Shown: one piece after another, positions 8,491-19,996 of the stretch
Layout of the letters: each line of letters begins with the position of its first letter
How positions within the stretch are numbered: position 1 is the stretch's first letter
DNA from: a virus
Taxonomy: Duplodnaviria > Caudoviricetes
DNA: 64,000 nucleotides
IMG/VR virus record: IMGVR_UViG_3300042973_000021
Location: 98,083-162,082 of that record
Strand: one strand, 5' to 3'
Notes under the pieces: generated by a model
Seen by the model: only the letters and a program-made list of their open reading frames with translations
Database searches by the model: none
What the model was told of the DNA's origin: nothing
Program-made: the position numbers and the translations under genes

Positions 8491-10317
8491 ATAGATAACC
8501 AAACCTATAATTCAATAGTAAACTTTATTTGGGGAATAGCCGACGATTGTCTGCGAGACGTATATGTACGAGGTAAATATAGAGATGTAATCCTGCCTAT
8601 GACAGTAATCCGCAGATTAGATGCTGTATTAGAGGAAACTAAACCTGCTGTTCTTGAAATGAAAAAGAAACTAGACGAGGCAGGTATCACCAATCAGACT
8701 GCTGCACTATGCAATGCTGCTGGACAGTCATTTTGCAACAGTTCACCTTTTTGCTTGCGTGATTTAACCTCTAGAGCAAAGAAACAAACTTTAAAGGCAG
8801 ATTTTATAGCGTATTTGGATGGTTTCTCTCCTAATGTTCAGGAGATATTAGATAAATTCAAATTCCGCAACCAGATAGACACTATGATCGATGCAGATAT
8901 ACTTGGTGCTGTTATCGAAAAATTTGTATCACCTACAATCAATTTAAGTCCCAACCCGGTTTATAAAGATGATGAAAAAAAGGAAATTCGTCTACCAGGT
9001 CTTGATAACCATACCATGGGGGTAATATTTGAAGAACTTATTCGCCGCTTTAATGAAGAAAACAATGAAGAGGCCGGAGAACACTTTACCCCTCGTGATG
9101 TTGTCGAATTAATGGCCGATCTTATTTTTGTACCAGTAGCGGATAAAATTAAGGATGCAACTTATTCATGCTATGATGGGGCTTGCGGTACAGGTGGTAT
9201 GCTTACCGTAGCCCAAGACCGTCTGATGGAGCTTGCTGAAAAAGCTGGCAAGAAAGTATCTATTCATCTTTTTGGCCAGGAAATAAATCCAGAAACGTAT
9301 GCTATAGCTAAGTCTGATTTATTATTACAAGGACAAGGAGATCAAGCAGACCATATTGGGTTTGGTTCCACCCTCTCTAACGACCAATTTCCTACCTACC
9401 AGTTCGACTTCATGCTAAGTAATCCACCGTATGGTAAATCATGGAAAGTTGATGCGGATAAGCTCGGTGGCAAGAAAGATATTATGGACAGTCGTTTTGT
9501 GACCAACTTTAGTGATGATCCTAATTTCAGTATGATTCCAAGAACAAGTGACGGACAGTTACTTTTCCTACTAAACAATGTTGCAAAAATGAAGAAAACT
9601 ACCGAGTTAGGTAGCCGTATCGCAGAAGTGCATAATGGTTCCTCCTTATTTACAGGTGATGCCGGACAAGGTGAAAGTAATGCCCGACGCTATATGATAG
9701 AGAACGACCTTGTAGAGGCGATTATTGCGCTACCAGAAAATATGTTCTATAACACAGGAATTGGCACTTTTATTTGGATTCTTTCTAACAATAAAGCTGA
9801 ACACAGAAAGGGTAAGATCCAACTTATAGATGCTACTTCTTTAAAGTCGCCTCTTCGTAAAAACCTTGGGAAAAAGAACTGTGAATTCACTTCTGAGATT
9901 AGGCGCCAGATTTTGGATTTATATATGGCTTTTGAAGAAAATGAGTATAGCAAAATTTTTGATAACAACGAGTTTGGTTATTGGAAAGTAACTGTTCTTC
10001 GCCCTGCATACAACGAAGATGGCACTATTAAAAAAGATAAAAAAGGAAAACCTGTTGTAAATAAAGAGCTAACAGATACAGAACAAATACCTTTTACCTA
10101 TGAAGGTGGCATCGAAGCATTCTTTGAAAAAGAAGTAAAGCCCTTTGCTCCCGATGCCTGGATTGACGAAAAGCAGACAAAAATTGGTTATGAAATTAGT
10201 TTTACAAAATATTTCTATAAACCGATTCAGCTACGAACACTAGAAGAAATAACAGCAGACATTCGTTCACTCGAAGAAGAGACAGACGGATTACTTGCTG
10301 AGATTATAGGGGGTTGA
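8491..10317 (+). CDS. hsdM: Type I R-M methyltransferase; the expected start codon reads ATA
   Basis: GEHFTPRDVV, YDGACGTGGM, NPPY motifs; in-frame N-terminus (I)DNQTYNSIVNFIWGIADDCLRD begins at ATA 8491. Confidence 0.9.
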   Translation: MDNQTYNSIVNFIWGIADDCLRDVYVRGKYRDVILPMTVIRRLDAVLEETKPAVLEMKKKLDEAGITNQTAALCNAAGQSFCNSSPFCLRDLTSRAKKQTLKADFIAYLDGFSPNVQEILDKFKFRNQIDTMIDADILGAVIEKFVSPTINLSPNPVYKDDEKKEIRLPGLDNHTMGVIFEELIRRFNEENNEEAGEHFTPRDVVELMADLIFVPVADKIKDATYSCYDGACGTGGMLTVAQDRLMELAEKAGKKVSIHLFGQEINPETYAIAKSDLLLQGQGDQADHIGFGSTLSNDQFPTYQFDFMLSNPPYGKSWKVDADKLGGKKDIMDSRFVTNFSDDPNFSMIPRTSDGQLLFLLNNVAKMKKTTELGSRIAEVHNGSSLFTGDAGQGESNARRYMIENDLVEAIIALPENMFYNTGIGTFIWILSNNKAEHRKGKIQLIDATSLKSPLRKNLGKKNCEFTSEIRRQILDLYMAFEENEYSKIFDNNEFGYWKVTVLRPAYNEDGTIKKDKKGKPVVNKELTDTEQIPFTYEGGIEAFFEKEVKPFAPDAWIDEKQTKIGYEISFTKYFYKPIQLRTLEEITADIRSLEEETDGLLAEIIGG

Positions 10318-10321
10318 GAGA

Positions 10322-11689
10322 ATGTTGAAACCCTATAAGGAATATAGATATTTCGGGTTACCTTGGTTAGAAGAAGTTCCTAGCCACTGGGCTATACTGC
10401 GTAATAAAAATGTGCTAATTGAAAAGAAAGAAGTTGTAGGTAGTTCAGCAAATAATTATTTACTTCTTTCCTTAACTCTTAATGGCGTTATAGCACGTGA
10501 TATGATAAATGCAAAAGGTAAATTTCCAAAAGACTTTAATACCTATAAAGTAGTAGAACCAGGCAATCTTATCTTTTGTTTATTCGATATTGATGAAACA
10601 CCAAGAACCGTCGGTTTATCACCCTTAAATGGAATGATAACCGGAGCGTATGATGTTTTTCAACCCGTTAATATCAATGGTAAATATTTATATTATTATT
10701 ACCTTTCAATTGATAACGTCAAAGGGCTGAAGCCTTTATATACAGGATTGCGAAAAGTCATAAACATACAGACATTTTTAGGAACAAAACTACCTGTTCC
10801 TCCTAAGGAAGAGCAGGACCAAATTGTGCGTTTTCTCGATTGGAAGCTTTCAAAAATTAATAAACTAATTCGAGCAAAGAAAAAGCAGATTGCATTATTA
10901 AACGAACAGAAGCAGGTTATTATCAATAACGCTGTCACAAAAGGCGTTGATCCTAATGTACCAATGAAAGATAGTGGGATTGAATGGATTAATCAAATTC
11001 CGGGGCATTGGAGTGTTCTTTATTTATCACAAACAGCAACTGAACAAAAAATATCAAATAAAGATTTTAACAACCAAAACCTACTGTCTTTAAGTTATGG
11101 AAAAATTATAAATAAAGATATTAATAAAACGGATGGCTTGCTTCCAACCTCTTTCGAGACATACCAGGTTGTCCATGATGGGAATATCATTCTAAGATTA
11201 ACAGATTTGCAAAATGACCACAAAAGTTTACGAGTAGGCCTAGCAACTCAAACTGGTATAATTACTTCTGCATATACATGCTTGCTACCTAGAGAAAGTA
11301 TTTCCCCTGAATTTTTGTATTTATTATTGCATTCATACGATGTATGCAAAGTATTTTATGGTATGGGTGGAGGTGTTCGTCAGAGCATAAGTTATAAAGA
11401 TATACGTAAGTTATTTATACCTGTTCCGCCCTTAGAAGAACAGATACAAATAGCAGAGTTTTGTAAAAACCGAAGCAAGTTTATTGAGAACTTTATTGTT
11501 AATATAGAAAAAGAAATACTGTTACTGACCGAATATCGCACTCGCCTTATTTCTGATGTGGTAACGGGAAAAGTCGATGTACTTGATATCGAAATACCTA
11601 AATATGAAGCCGACTCTGATGATTTTAACGATAACGAAATTGATAATCTCGTCTTTGATGAAGAGGACGGTGAAACGGAGGTGGAATAA
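10322..11689 (+). CDS. hsdS: Type I R-M specificity subunit
   Basis: Two TRDs with PVPP.EEQ repeats, AVTKG/VVTGK conserved regions. Confidence 0.9.
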   Translation: MLKPYKEYRYFGLPWLEEVPSHWAILRNKNVLIEKKEVVGSSANNYLLLSLTLNGVIARDMINAKGKFPKDFNTYKVVEPGNLIFCLFDIDETPRTVGLSPLNGMITGAYDVFQPVNINGKYLYYYYLSIDNVKGLKPLYTGLRKVINIQTFLGTKLPVPPKEEQDQIVRFLDWKLSKINKLIRAKKKQIALLNEQKQVIINNAVTKGVDPNVPMKDSGIEWINQIPGHWSVLYLSQTATEQKISNKDFNNQNLLSLSYGKIINKDINKTDGLLPTSFETYQVVHDGNIILRLTDLQNDHKSLRVGLATQTGIITSAYTCLLPRESISPEFLYLLLHSYDVCKVFYGMGGGVRQSISYKDIRKLFIPVPPLEEQIQIAEFCKNRSKFIENFIVNIEKEILLLTEYRTRLISDVVTGKVDVLDIEIPKYEADSDDFNDNEIDNLVFDEEDGETEVE

Positions 11690-11690
11690 C

Positions 11691-12152
11691 ATGAGCGACG
11701 ATTTTCATATGGAAATATCTATACCAGCAGATAACGATGGATATATACTTTTGCAATGCCCCAACTGTGGTACTTTCTTCAAAGCTACTCCTTCTGATAT
11801 TGAGGACGATGGCGTATTTGAACTTTTTTGTCCAAGTTGTGGCCTTGTAGGAGAAGACTATATTACAGAGGATGTATTAGAGTTGGCTATGGCAATGGCG
11901 CAAAACAAGGCGATGGACATGATCCACGAAGAATTTAAAAAAATGGAGCGTCAATTTAGGAAAGGACCTGTTACTTTTAAGGCTGGAAAACGTCCCAAGC
12001 ATGAGCCTGAAAATCCAATTCGTTCTGGCATTGAAGCTCTAGAAATCGTATCATTTCCGTGTTGCAAGCGCACTGCCAAAGTAAAGCCTATTCTAAGTAT
12101 GACCGGGTGCTACTGCCCGTTTTGTGGGGTGAAAAATTATGAAGTTGAATAG
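11691..12152 (+). CDS. Zn-ribbon protein (CPNC, CPSC, CC, CPFC) inserted in the hsd operon
   Basis: GGAGGTGG RBS, ATG at 11691, multiple CxxC motifs. Confidence 0.7.
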   Translation: MSDDFHMEISIPADNDGYILLQCPNCGTFFKATPSDIEDDGVFELFCPSCGLVGEDYITEDVLELAMAMAQNKAMDMIHEEFKKMERQFRKGPVTFKAGKRPKHEPENPIRSGIEALEIVSFPCCKRTAKVKPILSMTGCYCPFCGVKNYEVE

Positions 12153-12924
12153 AGCAGACTTAAGAAAAATCATGTATGATTTCAACAGTATTTCTAGTCG
12201 TCTTCTACAAGCTGATTTCAACGACTATACAAATGTGCTATCAAAATTTATTGCATTTATTAAAAATACACCTATTATTATTGATTACATTATAGCTTGT
12301 GGAGTTTGTGATCAAGACTTGAAACAAGAGTTTGACGAAGTTAGTCGTTCTTACGGAAGATGTATTTTTTCTCTTGGAGATACAGATGAAGAAGAGATTC
12401 GAAATGTCTTTGCAATCTTAAACTATATTGCTGAAAATAACATCGAAATACATCTAGGCGTTGCCTTTGGATATTCGTCTTCAAAAAAATATCAAGACAA
12501 AATCAAAGGATTCAACGACCGAGTTGTTATGGTATTAATTCACCATATAGAAAGATACTTAACCAAGATAGGAATTGATATGGGAGTTGATGAAAAAATT
12601 ATTTATTCAATTACAGTACAAAATGGACAAGTCAATATTGCCAACGACAATGCTTCCATTTCAGCAACCAATACAGTGGGCATTGATACTACCCAACTTG
12701 AAAAGTTGATACAAGCAGTGAGAAAAACTGCTGATGGTTTATCAAACGAAGATGCTGAAATTTTGAATAGCAATTTAGAAGTTATAGAAGAAGAAGTAAA
12801 ATCTGAAAACCCTAGAAAAGGTTTTATAAAAACTGCAGTTTCCGGATTGAAAATGCTAAAAGGAACCGCTGAGTTTGCTGCGGCAATTACGGCGCTAATT
12901 CAATTTATTAATCCATTGTTATAA
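12139..12924 (+). CDS. Uncharacterised 261-aa protein inserted in the hsd operon
   Basis: Long ORF overlapping the upstream gene; no recognised family. Confidence 0.7.
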   Translation: MKLNRADLRKIMYDFNSISSRLLQADFNDYTNVLSKFIAFIKNTPIIIDYIIACGVCDQDLKQEFDEVSRSYGRCIFSLGDTDEEEIRNVFAILNYIAENNIEIHLGVAFGYSSSKKYQDKIKGFNDRVVMVLIHHIERYLTKIGIDMGVDEKIIYSITVQNGQVNIANDNASISATNTVGIDTTQLEKLIQAVRKTADGLSNEDAEILNSNLEVIEEEVKSENPRKGFIKTAVSGLKMLKGTAEFAAAITALIQFINPLL

Positions 12925-15279
12925 CAAGAACGGAGGTGGAATAAATGACTGCTACTAATACACGAGAAAGTGGTCTGGAATCTTTGATTGTAGATTGGCT
13001 TGTAAATCAAAACGGTTATGAGCAAGGAAGCAATGCTGACTATAACCGAGACTATGCTATTGATGAAACACGTCTATTCCGTTTTCTTTCAGCGACGCAG
13101 CCGGATGAAATGGAAAAGCTCGGTGTATTTAAAAGCGACTTAAAAAAGTCTCAGTTTCTAAACCGACTGCGTGGTGAAATAGCAAAACGCGGAATTATTG
13201 ATGTACTTCGTAATGGAATTAAGGTTTATCCTGCCGACCTGGTTATGTTTTATCTAACACCAAGTGAGAAGAACATAAAAGCAAAAGCGCTATTTGAGCA
13301 AAATATTTTCAGCGTTACACGACAACTCCAATATTCAAAGGATGCGACTCGTCTTGCCCTTGATCTGTGCATTTTTATCAATGGCTTGCCGGTTATAACA
13401 TGCGAGCTTAAAAATCAACTTACAAAGCAGAATGTTGATGATGCAGTATATCAATATAAAACCGATCGTGATCCAAAGGAACTGCTTTTCCAGTTTAAAC
13501 GCTGCATGGTTCATTTTGCAGTAGATGATGCAAGAGTCAAGTTCTGTACTAAGCTTGATGGCAAAGCTTCCTGGTTCTTGCCATTTGACAAAGGGTACAA
13601 TGATGGAGCCGGCAACCCTCCAAATTCTTCTGGTATAATGACAGATTATTTATGGAAGGATATCCTTGAAAAGTATATGCTTGCACATATAATCGAAAAT
13701 TACGCTCAAGTTGTTGAAAAAGTAGACCAGGAAACAAAAAAGAAAACATATACACAAATTTTCCCACGTTACCATCAACTGTCTGCTGTTGAAAGTCTCC
13801 TCGCAGATGTACGCCACAATGGTGTTGGCCAGAGATACCTAATACAACACAGTGCCGGTAGTGGAAAATCAAATTCTATTGCATGGCTGGCTCATCAACT
13901 CGTAGGACTCGAAAAGAATGGCAAAGCCATCATTGACTCTGTGGTAATTGTTACAGACCGTGTAATACTTGATAAACAAATTCGGGATACGATAAAACAG
14001 TTTATGCAGGTTTCTAGCACAGTAGCATGGGCAGAACACTCTGATGATTTAAGGAAAGCAATCAATGGCGGTAAGAAGATTATAATAACTACTGTACATA
14101 AGTTCCCTATTATTCTTGATAGTATTGGCTCAGAACACAAAGGGCGCTCTTTCGCCATAATTATTGACGAGGCCCATTCATCACAAAGCGGTAACATGTC
14201 GGCTAAGATGAATATTGTATTATCAGGTGAAGTTACTGGAGAAGAGGAAGATTTTGAAGATAAAATCAACCGTCTTATGGAAGGGCGCAAAATGCTGAAG
14301 AACGCCAGCTATTTTGCATTTACCGCTACTCCTAAAAACAAAACCCTTGAAATGTTTGGTATCCCATACCAAGACGGAGATGAAATTAAACATCGTCCGT
14401 TCCATGTATATACAATGAAGCAAGCCATTCAAGAAGGTTTTATTTTAGATGTACTTAAATACTATACCCCTGTAGACAGTTATTACAGGCTTGCTAAAAC
14501 CATTGAAGATGATCCTTTATTTGACAAGAAAAAAGCACAAAAGAAACTCCGTCAATTTGTAGAAAGTAATAAGTTTGCCATATCACAAAAAGCAGAAATC
14601 ATGGTGAATCACTTTCATGATCAGGTTATTTCAAAAGGGAAAATCGGAGGAAAAGCACGAGCTATGGTGGTTACGAGTAGTATAGAGCGCTGTATCGAAT
14701 ACTATTACGCAATTAATAAATGCCTTGCTGACAGGCGTAGTCCTTATAAAGCTATTATTGCTTTTTCCGGGGAAAAAGAATATGGTGGTAAAACTTTAAC
14801 CTCTGCAGCAATTAATGGCTTCCCAGATAATACAATTGAGAAGGTGTTCCGTAAGGATCCATATCGATTTCTTATAGTGGCTGATATGTTCCAAACGGGT
14901 TATGATGAACCACTACTCCATACAATGTACGTTGATAAAATGCTATCTGATATAAAGGCTGTTCAGACTCTATCTCGGCTGAACCGCTCTCATCCGCAGA
15001 AACATGATACTTTTGTACTTGATTTTGCAAATAAAACAGAGACCATTGAAGCAGCATTCTCAAAATATTATCGGACAACTATTCTGTCTAATGAAACTGA
15101 TCCGAACAAGCTTTATGATCTCATAGCAATTATGGAAGCCCATCAAGTATACGAAAATGGGCATGTTGATTCGCTTGTTGAACTTTACTTAAATGGTGCA
15201 GATCGCGATAGGTTAGATCCTATCCTCGATGCATGTACTGCTATTTACAAAGAGCTTGATGACGAAGGGAAAATTGAAT

Positions 15280-16496
15280 CGTAAATTGCAAGTTCAAATT
15301 GAACAGTAGCAGTTACGAAGCTGATTGAACCTTGTCAACTGAATATACCTGATCGAGAAACTTCTCGAATAGCTCCTCTGGAGTGCAGTAGCCTAGCGCC
15401 TTTCGGGGCAATGCGTTGATCTCATCTGCAAAGCTGCAGATTTGTTCCGCACTGTATCGCTCTATCGAGGCACCCTTGGGAATAAATCTGCGAAGAATGC
15501 GATTGTGCCGTTCATTCTGTGGCCTTTCCCAGGACGAATATGGATGGGCAAAATATACATATATACCATATTTTTCCATCTCACAAAGTCTGGCAAACTC
15601 ATTGCCATTGTCGGCTGTAATGGATTGGAAGATCTCCGTGAAGTGCTCCTGGTATTCTTCACGCAACACTTCCAGAGCCGTCATGACAGAGTCAGCGTCC
15701 TTTCCCGGGATTTTGATGGCCATATAGTAATCAGTCTTCTTCTCAAGCAGAGTAAGGACAACCGATTCTTTGCCGCTTTTATGGCCTACTACCGTATCAA
15801 TCTCCCAGTGACCACAGTGAATCCGTTCCATCACTTCCTCAGGGCGTTCTTCGATGCTTTTGCCCAGGATATGCTTGTTCTGGCGGACTCTGTGATTTTT
15901 GTGGGACTTTCTGGACAGTGCTTCCGGAACATCTGCAGGGTGAATCTCGAGATTTCCTGCCCAGAGCTCATTGTACAAAGTTTTTGTGCATGGAATCTGT
16001 TCTGCTGGAAACAGCTGCTCCCGTTTGGCATAACCCACACAGGCATCAAGAGACCACTTGTGATGTTTGATCTTTCCATACATCCATTCCAGGAAGGGCT
16101 GGGCACCCGCAATCTTGTGTGCCTTGTGACAACGGGATCGATTGATCTCATAGTTCTGCTGGCCACGTCTGGCGGAGTATTGTGGAAATCTTCCTCTGCT
16201 GCCCCTGCGTTCGCCTGTACCACGCCGAAGTTCGTACATCACAGTGGATGGAGAGCAGTCGATCTGCTGAGCAATCTTGCGGAGAGAGTAACCAAGCTTT
16301 TTGAAGATCCTGATACTGCATCTTTCTTCAAATCTCAGGTGCTGACCCCTTTCGCGATCGGGTGTAATCATGGTAGAATTAAGTTGATCCATAGTGGACT
16401 CCTTTCGGTGAATTTTTGTTTCGCGACTTTATTCTACCAGAAATCCACTATGGATTTTACTCTATTCAGCTGTTCAAGTTCATTTTACAATCTACC
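15280..16496 (-). mobile_element. IS30-family element with a 14-bp flanking direct repeat
   Basis: Imperfect 27-bp IRs (15280-15306, 16470-16496); AGGGAAAATTGAAT at 15266-15279 and 16497-16510. Confidence 0.9.
15313..16392 (-). CDS. IS30-family transposase
   Basis: N-terminal HTH, GHWEIDTV, TADNGNEF, PYSSWERPQNE motifs. Confidence 0.93.
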   Translation of the reverse strand: MDQLNSTMITPDRERGQHLRFEERCSIRIFKKLGYSLRKIAQQIDCSPSTVMYELRRGTGERRGSRGRFPQYSARRGQQNYEINRSRCHKAHKIAGAQPFLEWMYGKIKHHKWSLDACVGYAKREQLFPAEQIPCTKTLYNELWAGNLEIHPADVPEALSRKSHKNHRVRQNKHILGKSIEERPEEVMERIHCGHWEIDTVVGHKSGKESVVLTLLEKKTDYYMAIKIPGKDADSVMTALEVLREEYQEHFTEIFQSITADNGNEFARLCEMEKYGIYVYFAHPYSSWERPQNERHNRILRRFIPKGASIERYSAEQICSFADEINALPRKALGYCTPEELFEKFLDQVYSVDKVQSAS

Positions 16497-17856
16497 AGGG
16501 AAAATTGAATTCAAAAGTGCAGCAAAAGCATTTGTTCGAACATACGGCTTTCTTGGAGCTATTCTTCCTTACGGTAATGCAGAATGGGAAAAGCTATCAA
16601 TATTTTTAAATTTATTAATACCTAAACTTCCTTCTCCCAAAGAAGATGATTTGTCTCAAGGAATACTAGATTCAATTGATTTAGATAGTTACCGAGTCGA
16701 AGCTCGTGATTCTATGTCTCTTGTATTAGATGATGCTGACGCTGAGATTGGCCCTGTACCTGCTGGTCGTGTAGGCGGCATAGTGGAGCCAGAAATGGAT
16801 TTGCTTTCTAGCATTCTTTCATCATTTAATGACTTGTTCGGCAATATAGACTGGAACGATGCTGATAATGTTCGCCGCCAAATTCTAGAAATACCAGGAA
16901 TGGTTACAAAAGACGAGCGCTATATTAACGCAATGAAAAATTCAGACAAGCAAAATGCGCGTATGGAAAGTGAACGTGCCCTTCAGTCTGTTATATTTAG
17001 TATAATGGCGGATAATATGGAGTTATTTAAGCAGTTTAATGATAATCCTTCGTTTAAGAAATGGCTGTCGGATCTTGTTTTCAATTTAACGTATAACCCT
17101 GAAGGAAAGCCATTTGAAACTCCTTCCAATGATTCAAATAACAAATAAGCTGTTACGGAGGGAGGTAAAGGATTATGGCTAAACGAGGAAAAAGTATAAA
17201 TCTGTTTTTGATGGATGGCACACCAAATGGGAGAATAAAGTGTACTTTGGCTAATTGGACTGGCGTTGCTTACAAGATACCTCGCACTGAACTAGATAAA
17301 TGCAAAGGACGCGAAGATTTATCCCAGAGCGGCGTTTACTTTTTATTTGGCACTTCAGATCAAACAGATGACAATATGGTATATATTGGGCAAGCCGGTG
17401 TTCGGAAAAACGGAGAGGGTCTTCTTTGTCGGTTAATAGAACACAAGCGAAATCCAGATAAGGATTATTGGACAGAAGCTGTTGTAATTACTACGTCCAA
17501 TAACTCCTTTGGTCCCACAGAGATAAGTTATCTTGAGAATCGTTTTTGTGGGCTTGCAGTAGAGGCAAACCGGTATGTGGTTAAGAACGGAAACGACCCT
17601 ACTCCAGGAAATATAACCGAGGAAAAAGAAAGTGAGCTCGAAGAATTCATTGATTACGCTAAAATTATAATGGGTGCTCTTGGGCATAAATTATTCGAAC
17701 CACTGACCGATAAACCTAAACCAGCTAATACAGTGTTAGGGTCGGGCGATATTAACCAATAAGTGTCGGCGATAAATCGCCATTTTGGGTCGGGCTATTT
17801 CGCCAGTCAATTTAAAATCGCCATTGAGATTTCTGTCTATTGTCTTAAACTGATGT

Positions 17857-19200
17857 ATGACCAATGCATCAGCCAAGAAGATGATTATGACAGAGAATTT
17901 CAATGGCTTTAATAAAATCATATCACAAGCGCTGGATGAAATGAAGTCAGCAGGTGGACCGGATTTCGATCTTAACAAGGTCAATCTGGCTGAACTGGAA
18001 CGCAGAACCGGGATAAGCAGGGCTCGGCTTCGGAGATTAAAGGCAAACCAATTCAAAGTTCTGCCTGACAAGCGTTGCGGAAGAAAAGCTCCTGTAACAA
18101 AACTGACTGGATTTACAGATATCATCGATGCGCTTCTTAGAAAGGATGTGACTAATTCCAATGCGATCTATGACCGCCTTGTAGAAAATGGATATCAGGG
18201 CGGGAAGACGATTATCAAGAACTACATACAACAGCATAAGTATCTGATACCGCCGCGCAGACGAATCGTAGACTCTCGCGGAAACCGCGGCAGACGCTAC
18301 ACGACGGCTCCGGGAGAATGTTACCAGATGGACTGGGGTTTCGTAACGGTCGAGGATCAGTCAGGGAATTCTTACCGCATAGCATGCTTTGCCATGATAT
18401 GCCACTGCTGTGGAAAGCAGTACATCGAATTCTTCCCGAATGCACGCCAGGAAAACCTGTTTATCGGAATGATCCACGGATTCATGTACCTGGGTGTCCC
18501 TGGGTATGTTCTGACCGATAATATGAAAAGCGTCGTCATCCGGCGTGACCTCGCCGGCAGACCGATCTGGCAGAAGGACTACGAGCTATTCATGAAGAAT
18601 CTGGACTTTTCTACCCGCTTATGCAAACCAAGACACCCTTTTACCAAAGGGTCAGTAGAACGACTGGTCCGATTCGTAAAGGATAATTTCCTCCCGGGAA
18701 GAGATTTCCGGGAGCTCACAGACCTGAATTATGAGGCTGTGCGTTGGTGTGAACGCCAGAATGGAAATTATCACAAAGCGGTGGATTGCGTACCTGACGT
18801 AAAGCATCAGGAAGTCTGCATGATAACTGCACGGGAGCTGGAAGAGTCTGTCAAGCTCAACTACTATCTTTGTCCAGAGCGGAAGATCTCCTTCGATGGC
18901 TTCGTAAACTATGAAGGCCGACGGTTTGGCGTCCCATACTGGTACACAGAAAAGACCTGTCGTGTACGGCGTGATGGCTATGTTCTTCAGATATTTGATT
19001 CCAGCTTAACACGACTCCTCTGTGAACATGATGTATCATGGAGCAGAACAGATAGTTTCTGCAAAGATCAGTACTGTGAAAGCCAGCCGGAAGAGAAGCC
19101 AACCATGCCGGTCCGTACGCGGATCCACCAGTTAGATCCACCAGAATATGGTTCCGGTTTCGATCGATTCAATTTCGGAGAGGTGGGCAGCGATGAGTGA
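17857..19200 (+). CDS. istA: IS21 transposase
   Basis: QMDWG, TDNMK, TKGSVER DDE motifs. Confidence 0.92.
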   Translation: MTNASAKKMIMTENFNGFNKIISQALDEMKSAGGPDFDLNKVNLAELERRTGISRARLRRLKANQFKVLPDKRCGRKAPVTKLTGFTDIIDALLRKDVTNSNAIYDRLVENGYQGGKTIIKNYIQQHKYLIPPRRRIVDSRGNRGRRYTTAPGECYQMDWGFVTVEDQSGNSYRIACFAMICHCCGKQYIEFFPNARQENLFIGMIHGFMYLGVPGYVLTDNMKSVVIRRDLAGRPIWQKDYELFMKNLDFSTRLCKPRHPFTKGSVERLVRFVKDNFLPGRDFRELTDLNYEAVRWCERQNGNYHKAVDCVPDVKHQEVCMITARELEESVKLNYYLCPERKISFDGFVNYEGRRFGVPYWYTEKTCRVRRDGYVLQIFDSSLTRLLCEHDVSWSRTDSFCKDQYCESQPEEKPTMPVRTRIHQLDPPEYGSGFDRFNFGEVGSDE

Positions 19201-19996
19201 TTCCATTTACGAGCAGATCGGCAGAGACGCTTTTTATCTGAAACTGGATCTCAGCGCAGAACACATCGCTAAACTGTCGATGAACGAAAGCTGGTCGGAT
19301 GAGCATCTCCAGGCGGTCGCAGATATTTTCACCTATATGCGGGAGCAGAAAGAGCAGAAAACGATTTCGACGCTTCTGAGACTCAGCAGACTGCCACTGA
19401 AAGAGCCGAAGACATTTGAAAACTTTGATTTCAGCCAGATCCGCGGAAAAGATATGACTGCACTGCAGGAACTCCCAACACTTGCGGCGCTGTATGGTCA
19501 TCGTAATCTGGCATTTATTGGGCCACAGGGAGTTGGAAAGACCCACCTCGCAATGGCTTTCGGAAGGGCCTGCTGTGAAAAGGGATACAAGACCTATTTC
19601 CTGAAAGCCACAGAACTGAATCAGAAACTGTTGGATGCCAGAAAGTATGGCCGGGAAAAGTCCACGATCAACGGATTAGTGAAACCATCATGCCTGATTA
19701 TCGATGAGATCGGCAGATGCGTGTTCGACAAGGTCAATACCCGGATGTTCTTTGATATTATCGACCGGAGATACAACAAAGAAGGCCCTAACACGCTGAT
19801 CCTGACGAGCAATCTAATGCCCGGGAAATGGGGAGAGTTCTTCAGTGAGGATTCATCACTCCTGTGTTCTTTGGACAGGATATTCGACATAGCGACTGTA
19901 TTCACGATCAAGGGACAGACATACCGTGGAAAACAGTGTAATACAATAACTCTGGCTGCGGGACGACCGAGCGCGCTACCTAAGCAGGACATTTAA
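19193..19996 (+). CDS. istB: IS21 helper ATPase
   Basis: GPQGVGKTHLA, LIIDEIG, LDRI. Confidence 0.92.
   Translation: MSDSIYEQIGRDAFYLKLDLSAEHIAKLSMNESWSDEHLQAVADIFTYMREQKEQKTISTLLRLSRLPLKEPKTFENFDFSQIRGKDMTALQELPTLAALYGHRNLAFIGPQGVGKTHLAMAFGRACCEKGYKTYFLKATELNQKLLDARKYGREKSTINGLVKPSCLIIDEIGRCVFDKVNTRMFFDIIDRRYNKEGPNTLILTSNLMPGKWGEFFSEDSSLLCSLDRIFDIATVFTIKGQTYRGKQCNTITLAAGRPSALPKQDI

Larger units (their letters stand above)
12945..17148 (+). pseudogene. hsdR: Type I R-M restriction subunit interrupted by IS30
   Basis: ELKN nuclease, HSAGSGKS, DEAH, FTATP motifs; removing the IS and one repeat copy restores ...DDEGKIEFKSAAK... Confidence 0.92.

Noticed and set aside
10322-11689. Phase-variable hsdS shufflon
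   Set aside because: Single hsdS, no silent TRDs, long inverted repeats or adjacent invertase
15442-17148. 568-aa ORF on the plus strand
   Set aside because: Antisense shadow of the IS30 transposase running in frame into the orphaned hsdR C-terminus; no evidence that it is a real gene
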